64,000 nt of DNA from Nemertoderma westbladi (lineage: Eukaryota > Animalia > Xenacoelomorpha): assembly GCA_032718475.1 (NCBI GenBank), contig JAUCBJ010008761.1:1-64000 (forward strand). The letters run 5' to 3'. Under the pieces are notes generated by a model. That model made no database searches. It was given only the letters and a program-made list of their open reading frames with translations, and was not told where the DNA came from. The position numbers were made by a program, and so were the translations under genes. How positions within the stretch are numbered: position 1 is the stretch's first letter; each line of letters begins with the position of its first letter. Below, piece after piece: positions 39,501-52,046 of this stretch.

Positions 39501-42013
39501 TGGATACATATGAATATGATCGGTTCTGTTGAAGTTGATAGTTAATATGCTTATATTATATATTAAAAACAATATTAAGGCAATAAATACATGATAGTTT
39601 TGCGATAGTGCATACTAATATTGCCAAAGCTGCCAGCATACAGACATAAAAATTAACTTACCAGTAACCCAGAGCATACATTATGCACAATTACCATATA
39701 GAACATCATTGCAATATAATTACGATTTCAATGCTTGCTTATGCTTATTGTTCAGGCAAGAAACAAATTTAATCATTATGGTGGTATAACAAACGATAGG
39801 GTAATTATATTCAATACGGAACAATGGTTAGTTCTTATTCTATTGCCCAAGAAACGTTATGATAATAAATTCATAAAAGTATAATTGAAAGAGTTAAGTA
39901 TGCAAGGAATCAGACGAACTGGCGCCAATCTGGCCTTAATAATAGCGTACGCCAGACACAAACAAACTACTAATGGGTTGATAGCATTGGGGGACAATGC
40001 GTGAAGCTATGCTAGTGCGATAGCAGCAATAAGCAGCAAGCTATATGAATGAGTGCGTTTTGCATTGCCTATTAGATAGAAGTATAGCAACCATAATAGC
40101 TTAGGATGATGATGAGACAGCTCACTGCTTTGAATCATAAAGAGTTATTGACCGCATTTTATTAGAGTACAACATAGAACTGCCCATCCGTATAACAAAA
40201 CGGGAATTACAATAGAAATCTTATTTGATTTTTACCAATATAAGCTTGAGTATTGACCAATTCGGCATTATAATACAATGTTTGTTTGTCTTTGTCCCAG
40301 TATATTTGATAAGAGAGTTCCCGTGATCTACCTAGGAACCAATTAATACCGCGTTGTATATAATAGCTGCAGGGGAGGGGGGGGGGGGGGGGGGGGGATG
40401 TTAAAGAGCAATATATACCTCGGGCGAGGCCACATATCAGTCGGGTGCTAATCCAACACGGTTACAAGCAGTAATAACTATAGTGAGATAATAGACCGAA
40501 TCTTCGAACCGCACACACAAGGAGTTAATTACGACATGGGCGCCTGTTAGGGGCCACCCCGATGAATGGAGCCCCCCGGGGGCGCCAACAATGGCCGGCG
40601 CCCTAGTACCTCGGAGCCCTCAACGGGGGTGCCAGTCTAGCTGGAGCCAAGGCCCCCCTCCTCCGCGGGTATACATACATACAAGGGCCGTCTCGGTCTA
40701 AGATTGTTGTTATCTCATTCAATACTCACGGCCCTATTCATATAGGAGCAGCCAAATTGCTACCTTCGGAATATTGGCCCACCGTGGCAAGCAATATATG
40801 AATTTTTGGGGTGCGGTCGGGCGATTAATTGAGCTAAGCAGTAGATTAATGTTAATTTCCAATCTTGTGCGAATTACTTCCATTTTTTTTTTTTTACTAT
40901 GGTGTAAGTCGGAACAATTATGTTTAAACGTTTCATCAAGTTAGTAAAACGCAACGCAGAAAATCAATATTCCTAACAAACGGGGCTATAGGTAATCTAC
41001 ATCGCAGTAAAAGCCCAGGCACATTGATTTACTTTGGTCGCCACTTTACTCTGCCAATCAGAGCAATCAATGTCTTTATAAACGTGTGAAATAAAGAGAT
41101 GGATTGCTCAACAATCGTTGATACATCTGACGCCACGGTTGTTATTGAGGCTCTGGAGTGGGACACACGGCCAGTGTTGGGAGCCATTATGGGATAGTTC
41201 GGGGGGGGGGGGGGGGGGGGGGGGGGCATTTAGTATAGAAACAATCCGTGCGAAACTAATATATTATGAAAAATGTATATTCCGCAATCTATGGGAGTAC
41301 AGCAGTACACCCCCAGAATGGTGCAGAAGGTTAACTTAATCAATAACCAGTAACCGCCCCCCCTGGTACCATACGGAAAATATACCTGATTTAAAGTCAA
41401 TAACAAAAAAATAACAAAAACCCAGCGGATTTGCTAATCTGATATGCAATATTCATTACCGGGGCTCCATTAAGGGAAATGTTTCTTTGTTTTTTTATGC
41501 GAATTACGAGTTCACGACATTAGATTGGACTGTTTGTCGCCGATACTTGGGTTCTGAGAGAGACATCGAGACTAAGTATTAGGACAGGAACCTCTAGTTA
41601 TGTAGAAGGCTTTAAAGTAAAGGTTGCCAGTCTGTCTACCTTACTTCCTGCCTGGAGGCCAAAATAATTGGTGGCGTCCCTGCCTTAGTGAAGTAATGAA
41701 GCCAGATCTACAGACATTGATAGCTTTACTACATTAATGGCATGGCGCCACGGATTTTCTATCGACTACAAATCAAAATAAACAGTTAAATAAAAACAAT
41801 AAACATTTCGGTCAATGGTTAATATTGGATTCAATTAGATATAAATTTAATAACAATATGTACACGGTACCTAGTATAATCCTACAAGCATGGAGGACTG
41901 GCCAACGTGGCCATACTCAACTGAATACCATATTGATTAAATTTCTCCCCATTTAATATTACTTCCAGTGATATAGGACCTGGTTGTTACCGACAATATT
42001 ATGGTAAACTCAC

Positions 42014-42103
42014 CCCCAACGTCTTACTCCGCATCCGCACATAGCCTTGTTTTAGTACCTCGGTGTGGCCCGTCCAGGTCTGAGATGTTGGTAATGACGT
42101 CAT
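42014..42103 (-). CDS. DOK4/5/6-like gene, first coding exon
   Basis: ATG at 42103; MTSLPTSQTWTGHTEVLKQGYVRMRSKTLG|gtgagt matches the DOK4/5/6 N-terminus (IVKQGYV.IRS..LG) with a phase-0 intron. An upstream acceptor near 42175 suggests non-coding exon(s). Confidence 0.9.
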
Positions 42104-42757
42104 TGCTTTCTAGGACCTCGATTTTCGTATCAAACAAACAGATGATGATATACCACGAGTAAACTACCGGTATCTGAAATAAATCCAAAAGTACTGTGAG
42201 TGAAGTGATGTCAAAACACAAGTTGAAACGCAAGTGAAATAAATGTTAGTTTATTGTTTAGAGAACACCGCCGCTGTTTGAGTTATACGCAGTTACTGTA
42301 TATTGTAATTAATTACCCGGTAGATGTTTATATATATGTACCAGTACTGGGCCTTAATAAATACTTACTGACTTACCAACTTGGATGATATTATAATATG
42401 ATCTCAGAAGAAGTGACTCTTTCAGCACAAAGCATAATAAAATTCTCACAAATTCACAATATCAGAATTAATATATTAGATTTATAATATATAATTTATA
42501 TACTTCTCAATCCCAATCTCAATAATTTACAAATATCCTGTTTAAATCTAACTGTCTAAATAATCTACAATTAACCTACTCTATTTTTAGCACATTGTTT
42601 AGGAGTAGGGGTCGCCTATTTTCAGAAATTCGTATTTTGACATAGTCACTGTGCGTTGTTATATTTTGTTAGGTACTGTACCTGTACCGAAATTCATATA
42701 CTCAAATACAGTGTAATACTGTAATGTAATGTACCGCTATACCGGTATAGCAAAAAG

Positions 42758-43014
42758 CCAATTGCGGTGCCGTTTCAGCCTTCTCATAGGGTTAATGTTA
42801 AATTAACATTGAAAAATGAGTGCCTAGAACTGAAAATTTTACTCTAAACTGTGTTCCTAAATTTAGTTTATTCTTTTGGTTAGAAAAGCCTGCCATTATA
42901 ACCTGCTACTTTCCTTTAAAATGTACCTTGAATGGTGAATATCGAAATTAAATATTCGCAAAATAAAGTTAATATGTTTGATGTTAAAATAGGCTGAAAC
43001 GACACCCCAATTGG
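42758..43014. mobile_element. Short MITE
   Basis: Imperfect 24-bp TIR ccaattgcggtgccgtttcagcct / aggctgaaacgacaccccaattgg; TSD not evident. Confidence 0.65.
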
Positions 43015-44514
43015 TAATATGCGTGCCGGTAGGCCTACACAGCCTAACATAACAAATTGTAGCATTGGCTCTTTGATTCGGTTTCGGTCGGTAGCCTACT
43101 CGGTATAGCGTATCGGATGAATGTCTTTATACTGGCAGACTGGTATATCATGTACGAAAATCGATAAAATTTTTAGATTAGCAAATAGGCCTATCCACCT
43201 GCTACAATCAGTTACCGGTAGCGCGGTAGGTCTTTCAACTGTTCAACATTAATTACCTAAAGTTTGCTTTAACTCCCAGGCAGGAAGTTAGGTGACAGTA
43301 TAAATACCAGCTAAAACTCTTACCTGTAGTACCAGAAAGAGAAAGTGCACTGGAGCCTGGAGCATCAACATTCAACAGACAGAAAAATACTTTCTAATGA
43401 CATATTTAATTTGAGTTATGACTATAGAAGTCAATAAAATAATATTATGCGCCATCCATGCCTAGCCCATCCCAGGCACCAGGTGACAGGCCCACCACTC
43501 ACACCGGCACTTGTGTCAAATAGAGAGGGAGGGGACCCTCCTACTCCTACTGTCGTAATCTGCTAATACTGAAATCACCTAACCTGAAGTCACTGGTCTG
43601 CTGGTGCCCGGTTAGTAAAGGAGCAGGTCACAGACTAACAGAGGCGAGTTGAAAGGAACCAAAACAATAAACGAGAGTTAGGAATATTGTTATCACTTGC
43701 TAAATTTCAGGATTAGCAGGAGATTTCAAGTGCCCTCACACCATTCCTACCATATTGGACTATTAATTGCCATAGCAGCATAAGATTATGCGGCAGCGGC
43801 ATAGTGATGGTATGGTTCTACGGTAGGCTATAATAGGGTACTGTAATATGTAAACCAAGGCAGGTTCGGTACAGCGGTAGACAAATATAAATTAAATAAT
43901 AAGACCATACAAAGCCATAAATGAATACCGGTAGGCCTGTCAGCGTCAGCCATAAATAATTAAACTAACGATAGTAGAAGTAGAGTACAAAGTAATTTTA
44001 GTTTTACTTATTAAGTCAAGACAGACTGCCACCCATGCAACTAATACAAACAAACAATAACCAGTCTCACACCATGTGCAACTCAACTAAATAAATGAAG
44101 TCAAACCAGCTGAGGCTGCATATATAATATTCCTTTGCGATCCAATCATTGATTGGCGGTTTGGAGTGCATAGGTTGAGTTGCCCCTTAGTGGGATTAAA
44201 TGGCATTTAACTACTAATAATAGATTTAATATTTCGACGAATGATGGCGTATATGAATGATTTCACATGACAATGACTGGAATTCATGCGGTCAGTTAAT
44301 TCATTAGTTCAGTCAGCAATTAATTATTTTGCTTTCTCAGTTGAATATTAGGCCTATACCATACCATACTCTCTACTCCATCCCGGAGGTCACCAGTTCG
44401 ATCCCACCTGGACGTCATTGCTGACTTTGCAAAAGCTGTGCCCAACAAAAAGTTATAATACTCTGTACTATTATACTAAAACTAAACTGTATAAAACTAA
44501 ACTGTACTATACTC

Positions 44515-46287
44515 TATGGTGGCCCAGAAGGGAGAACTTAAAAAATATTTCATTTCGAGTAAAAAAAAACGACAAAAACAAATTTTTCATGAATTCTTGT
44601 TTTTGTAGTTTTTTTTTTATTTCACCACAAATAAAAAAAACGACAAAAACGAATTATTCATGAAATTCTTGTTTTTGACGTTTTTTTTATTTTACTATGT
44701 ACAAATAAAAAAAACGACAAAAACGAATTATTCATGAATTTCTTGTTTTTGTCGTTTTTTTTTATTTCACCACAAATTTAAAAACGACAAAAACGAATTA
44801 TTCAAGAATTCTTGTTTTTATCGATTTTTTTATTTCACTACAAATGCAATGGAAAAAGCCCAAAAAGTTTTCAGAGGGAAATTTAAACTGCCCAAATGTG
44901 CGGCGCCGCCCCAGTAATTTATCAGTACTTTCTGTACTTTCCCTACCATTGATTTGATTCTATCGCTATATTCCTCAAAGAAACCGACGGTCAGGCCCGT
45001 ATGGTGATCATAATATCTGGGGGGGAGAGGGGGGGGGGGGGGGGGGGCAAACCCATTACTGGGATTTGTGGAGCGGAGCATACAACCAAGTGAGAGTTAA
45101 TGTAGTACATACAGTATATAATCAATATTGTTGAAAGGCGTATGGGGCGAGCCACGAAGTTGGCGGAGCCTTGGCGAACTGACAATATTGTAGTATGTCA
45201 ATAATGGCAAATAGTTGTTGACGTAACGATTTCATTAACGTAACATTCAAATAACTTTGTTAGATTTAAAGCTGTCGAATTGAAAATTTGTAGGCATAAA
45301 TATGTCCAAAACTTGACATTATTTAACGACTTTTGACACCAACAGTTCAACAGTCTCCTGCTAGATGGGTACTGTACATGACTAAGCCTTAAATGTCCTC
45401 ACATTTCTTTGCTTTTAATCCGTTTAAGCGGAAAGGCAAGGGGTAGGTTAATGCCATGTAGTAATATACAGTATAATTGGACTAAAATGGGATGGTGGGG
45501 AGTCAGGTCAGTGTGTATGTAGACGTGTGTATCTATATATATAAATATCAAGGCAGAACCCCCTAAGTCGATTTTTGTAGTTCTGAGATATCGATAAAAA
45601 CTGTTTATTTTTTAAAGAGATGCCTCAGTTTACTTGTTATTGTGTTTTTTGATAACTAAATATATATAGAATTCATATACTGTAACTAAACTTTCAATTT
45701 GATTTAGAATTACCTTTGAAATATATTTCGGTTTTTTTGTAAAAATTCTGACTTATGGTGTTTTGCCACTACAAAGGGGAACACCATTTTCCTGTATTAT
45801 CCCGTAACTATACGATAGTTGCGGGGTATTGCCTAGAAAACAAGGTATCCTCAATTTGGCAAAACACCATAAGTACGAATTTTTACAAAAAACACGGAAA
45901 ATATATCAAAAAATAGCCAAGGCGTATCGTACGTCCTTAATAATTTAGTGCGTAGTGCGCACGTAATACATGTGCGCATTTGTTATTAGCTAATAAGTGC
46001 TATCTAACATGTTAACTAGCACATGATCAGGTGTTAGTATTACCTGTAAACGCAATAATAACAAATAATCACATACAATATAGCTAACACACTTGCGCAC
46101 ATGTTGGAAATTTTTGAATTCAAAATTCTAAAGGGCTCCATAAGTTTTCGATATTTTGGTATAAATAAAAATAAAAAAAAATATATAAAAAAACGACAAA
46201 AACAAGAATTCATGAATAATTAGTTTTTGTCGTTTTTTTTTACTCGAAATGAAATATTTTTTAAGTTGTCTCTTCTGGGCCACCATA
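44515..46287. mobile_element. Non-autonomous DNA transposon, IS3EU-like (TAT...ATA termini, 6-bp TSD)
   Basis: ~95-bp TIR tatggtggcccagaag... / ...cttctgggccaccata; TSD atactc at 44509-44514 and 46288-46293; palindromic subterminal repeats aaaacgacaaaaac..ttcatgaa..gtttttgtcgtttt. Confidence 0.85.
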
Positions 46288-46486
46288 ATACTCAGATACT
46301 GTTATAAATATTTTCAAATTATTTAATGTTAAGCAGAATTTCCTATGACCATGTCCTGGAATATAGTTTCTGTATTCAGGTAGGCCTACATGCCTGAGTT
46401 ACTATATTTATCCTTCAACCTTATAGCGATTTGTTGTTACTGTTTGAAAGCTGGGTGTACTGTAAACGTTACGCCAACAGCATATA

Positions 46487-47836
46487 GCAGACAACCGACA
46501 ACCGAGAGCAGACAACCGACAGCAGACTACCGACAGCAGACAACCGACAGCAGACAACCGACAGCAGATAACCGACAGCAGATAACCGACAGCAGACAAC
46601 CGACAGCCGACAACTGACAACAGACAACCGACAGCAGACAACAGACATCCGACAGCAGAAAACCGACAGCAGACAACGGACAGCCGACAACCAACAGTAG
46701 ACAATCGACAGCAGATAACCGACAGCAGCCATCCGACAGCAGGCAACCGACAGCAGACTACCGACAGCAGGCAACCGACAGCAGACTACCGACAGCAGGC
46801 AACCGACAGCAGACAAACGACAGTAGACAGCCGACAACCGACAGCAGACAACTGGCAGCAGACAACCGACAGCAGACAACCGACGGATGACAGCAGAAAA
46901 CCGACAGCCGTCAACCGACAGCAGACAACCGTGAGCAGACAACCGACAGCAGACAACCGACAGCAGAGAACCGACAGCAGACAACCGACAGCAGAAAACC
47001 GACAGCAGACAACCGACAGCCGTCAACCGACAGCAGACAACCTACAGCAGACAACCGACTGCAAACAACCGACAGCAGACAACCGACAGCAGACAACCGT
47101 GAGCAGACAATCGACAGCAGACAACGGACAGCCGACGCGCAGCAGACAACCGACAACAAACAACAGACAGCAGACAACCGACAGCAGGCAACCGACAGCA
47201 GACAACCGACAGCAGACAACCGACAGCAGACAATCGACAGCAGACAACCGACAGCAGACAACCGACACCAGACAACCTACAGTAGACAATCGAGAGCAGA
47301 GAACCGACAACCGACAGCAGACATCAGACAACCGACAGCCGCCAACCGACAGCAGACAACCGTCAGCAGACAACCGACAGCAGACAACCGACAGCAGACA
47401 ACCGACAGCAGTCAACCGACAGCAGACAACCGTGAGCAGACAACCGACAGCAGACAACGGACAGCCGACGCGCAGCAGACAACCGTCAACAGACAACCGA
47501 TAGCAGACAACCGACAGCAGACAACCGAGAGCAGACAACCGACAGTAGACAACCGAGAGCAGAGAACCGACAGCAGACAACCGACAGCAGACAACCGACA
47601 GCAGACAACCGACAGCAGACAACCGACAGCTGACAGCAAAAAACCGACAGCCGTCAACCGACAGCATACAACCGTGAGCAGACTATCGACAGCAGACTAC
47701 CGACATCAGACAACCGACAGCAGACAACCGACAGCCGACAACCAACAGCAAACAATTGACAGCAGAGAACCGACAGCAGTCATCCGACAGCAGGCAACCG
47801 ATAGCAGACTACCGACAGCAGACAACCGACAGCAGG
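46487..47836. repeat. 14-bp minisatellite (cagcagacaaccga)n, ~95 copies
   Basis: Directly visible; truncated on the right by the LTR. Confidence 0.97.
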
Positions 47837-49054
47837 TGTTCGCGCTTTCAGACCTTTGGCAGTTTAACCCACCAAATTAAGATGTCTTCTAGATATTAAA
47901 TCGGTTTTTAGTCTATGACAAGTATTTGATTCACTACACTAGTCGAAACCAATCTGTGCGCGATCATTCACCCGCTGGATATTCCCGGGAGATTGGGTTC
48001 GACGGTTTAATTTTATTGCTATGTAAGCCTAATGTATTATTCGACTGACAGTACTATATAATCTCTGACAATATTATTCACCTTCGGTAATATTAACAGT
48101 TCCTTTAGGACTTGGCGCTTTATCTATATAAACAGAGTTATGACTTAAACTACTCACAACGATATGGCTTAATTATAATTCACATATATGGCGCATTCTT
48201 TAGGAATTGCTTCTTTAACAGACTCACTCATACACAATGCTGCACAATACTGCACACTAATCTGCCAATCTTCACTGATTTTAGTCACATATAAAAGGAA
48301 CACAGACTGACTCATGTAGGGTCTATCAAATAACATTAGATTCAGTTCAAACCACTTTAACATAAGTCACAATCGTTTATCTGTAACCCTTCTCTCTTAC
48401 CTTCGGTATATCAAGAATATTGGGTTTCGGGGTTATTTATCGTTATTCCAAATATAATTATTCATCAACCATATTATGAAGAACTGACGGTAAATAGCAG
48501 TGTAAAACAACAATGAAAACACTGATTGTTATGAGTTTGCAATGTTTCAGCAGTCAGCATGTATGATCAGTCAGCAGTTAAAGGATATATGTCCTTGTAA
48601 TTAAACCTACTAGTGTAAGACTAAAAACAGTAAAGCACAAAATACTTCCAAGCCGTTCTTTCTTTGGCTCAGGACTGAATGTAAACACTGCACATAGGCA
48701 TTGCGTCATTTCTCGGAAATTTTCTGTACAAGGAGCCACAAAAACGCTCTAATTGGCTGACTGAACTGAGAGACGCCGTAGAACAAAGGAAATCAACACG
48801 TATGAATGTCAGCTGTTAACCGTAGTCATAGTAACTACTGTTCAAGAGTAGCTATCACCCCTTTGCGTCACGAATTGCCATAGAATCATAAAATATGCCT
48901 TTCACAGTACACATACGGAGGAAATAGGTCTTAGATCCTCTAAAAACACCGATACAGCAATAATACGGTCTCTTACACTTATTAAATCAACTACAGAGTA
49001 TTTTAATGTAAAAGATAATAAAAATAACGGGGCAATTCAGCAAAGGCTTTTACA
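47837..49054 (-). repeat. 3' LTR (1218 bp)
   Basis: tgttcgcgc...cttttaca; preceded on the minus strand by the PPT. Confidence 0.96.
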
Positions 49055-49062
49055 CCGCTCCC
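49055..49062 (-). other. Polypurine tract
   Basis: Minus strand GGGAGCGG directly abuts the TGT of the 3' LTR. Confidence 0.75.
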
Positions 49063-52046
49063 AGAAAATGGGATTTTCAGTCTATAAAATATAAAAATCA
49101 CAGTTTCTAAAACATAAAGATACTCTAAACAGTTAGTCTTTCTTACGCAGACGGCGTTTACGCAGTTTCTTGAGGCTAGCAAGAGTCCTTTTCTCTTTGG
49201 GGGGAGCCACTTTACTAGGAGGGCTATAAATCCTGGGTGAAGGGTGCAATATGATTGCATCAGAAGGTGTAGGATTATGGTCGGGGTATCCGCCGTTTCG
49301 ATATGCTTCTCCTCGAGCTGATTTTCCTCCGCTCGTAGCTGGATACGTTCATCCAAAAACTCTCGCAGAGAATGGGGTTGTCTAAGTGCGATATCTTCTT
49401 AGAGATTCTGGATTTCCCAATCGAATTGAGATAAGGCCAATTCGTTTATCGATTGGACTTACTGTTATAACTTACATTTATCTGAACAAACGCAGGTTTC
49501 TTTTTTGATCTTTATAGAATAGCGTTTAACTCGTTTCGTACAACGCTCTCCTTCACCTTGATGAGGGGTTGTATCGCGTTAAACGGGGACGACCATACGG
49601 TTGGATAGTGATATTAGGTGTCCGCGTCACAATCCGGCTAGGTAAGATGGGCGGCTAGCTAGAAATCACTGTCGGAGTGTTACCGATTAATTGTTAGGGT
49701 AGCACTAGATCTTTGAACAGTGAATACAGTCCGCGAGGATCCGCGACACCACCAGGATCGCATGTCTGAGGTCCAACTAAGGAATGAGGAGGTTTGACCG
49801 AGTATTCCAGGACTCTGATCGTAGGTTTACTCCAGGATCGTTCGAGCCGAGTGAGCATAGGTGATACGTCAACAATTTTCGGTTTACGTGGATGTTTATG
49901 TCTTTCCGTTTATTAGTTGGGTCTAGGGCATTTATCGTAATAATACCAAAGACGCACGTCTGGTAGGGTAAACGCGGGTGACATTTATTTGTTGTTACAA
50001 TGCTTCTATCAAGAATTCCAAATATACGTTGGAGTTACCGCGTCCATTTGTTTCTTTAGTGTCTTTTCTTTCGAGTCGATTTCGAATAGAATTTTCGCAT
50101 TCGAATTTCAGTTTATGGTTCCGACTCCGCTGGGCAGGATATATAGTCGACATAGTCCGTATTGTGTAAATCGATAGGATGACCAGTAGTTAAGAAGACC
50201 ATATACGTACCATTACGCTGCGTATATCGAGCAGCGAATTTTCTATAGTCCAACTCGCGCGAGCTGCTCTTGGGACATTGGCGGTTCGACATAACGACCA
50301 TCGTCCTCCGCAGCAGTTGGACTAACGTCGCCGCGTATTAAGCTATCAACAAACGCTTGTAAAAGTAGAGTATATCGCTCCCCGATACTAAGACCATCTT
50401 CTATCAACTCCGTCATATCTGCTATATATGAGTTTATCCATATTATAATGAGTTTATATTTAGGCGAGCGGGCGTCGCTGCCTACCCCAATCAACCCCCG
50501 GACAGTACGAGATCCTCAGCGCCGATGTGTCGTCGCCGCTGTACTTTCGCCAACGACGTAGCCGCACAACGACAACGACAACCGGCACAAGTCACTCAAC
50601 TGTCCGTCCCAAAGGCTTAGATGTACTTCAGGTTTCCTTGGAGAGTTAGGTTACTTTTACGATTGCGACTAGCTACTGTAAACACACCTTAGCAGTAACA
50701 TTCACCTATAAACTCACAAATACCACACACACAACTTGTCACAAATTACACACACTCGGGTCACTTGTCCGTTAGTCAATGCCTTCCAGAATGTCACTGT
50801 ATTATTATGTATTCTTGGATACTATCAGTGCACTATTTATTCCCTATGCTATTCAATGGGACAAGCTTTCTATTGTTCTTTTAACTCAATTCTAATTCTA
50901 GCGTGGTTGTTGCTATGGTGACATTATGCAAAGCTAGCGGTAGAATTAGAGTGATTCCAATGCATACAGATCTGGGATGTTATTTAATAGTAATTCTTTA
51001 ATAGTCAATGTTCTGTTTTATACATGACTTTATGAATTTTATCGGCTATTGACTATGTTTGGGAGACTTTCACACACTCATACGCTTGATCTATTAATTA
51101 ATGGAATTTTGGGAACTTTATAAATTGCGTAAAAATGGCAATTTATTAAATTCATTAAAAGGCATGAATTTAAATTGATTCCCTGAAATTTTATTATTTG
51201 ATAATTAAATGGACATATTTGGATTCCAGAACATGTCTGGGGACACAAGATCCTTAATTCTATGACAATTGTCTTTTTAAGAATATCGGTAAATACTACG
51301 ATATCTTAATTGACTAGAATTATTAAAGGATCTGAATTTTACAGATTTTGATTTATTAGATTTTGCAAATATTAATTAATTAATATTTGAGATGGGCACC
51401 GATTTATTCCAGAACTTGTCTGGGGACGTTAACCACTGATTCTAGAATTTGTCTTTCAAGTATATCGGTGGGTGCCGCGATATCTTAATCGACTAGAATT
51501 ACAGATGGTCAAAGGGTTTAACAGATTTATTTTGCGTTATACGCTACTGTTAAAGGGACATCACGCTACTATATGTATTATTTAATATACGGTATGAGAG
51601 CAATATCGCACGAAGCAATGTCAGTGTGAAGAGGCAAGTCGTTTCCAAGGTCTACCCAGAGCTTGGTTTAGCCGAGACACGAGGATCTGAACTTTGCATT
51701 CCTAATACTCTGCCTACCAATAATACTTAAATATAGTAGTGGCTTTATTGTACTTTAATAAGTACAGACATTTCATCTTACTGTAGTTACGTATTTATAA
51801 TATAATACGGACAGTAAGGAAAGAGAAAAAATAATTATTTCTTCGCCGTCGCACTAAATATAATATAAGTAAGTATGTACGTAATAAACACGAATATATT
51901 GCACTATTCTACAAAATAATCGCTAAATAATATTCTACTAAATTAAATAAAACGATTATAATAAAATTACATAGTAATCCATACATAAATATAAAGATGA
52001 TAAAATAATATAAAATAATAGAGTCACACGCCCACTCCGAACGATA

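Noticed and set aside
46390-47880. Cys/Val/Leu-rich and Gln/Thr/Arg-rich ORFs
   Set aside because: Translations of the 14-bp satellite in several frames.
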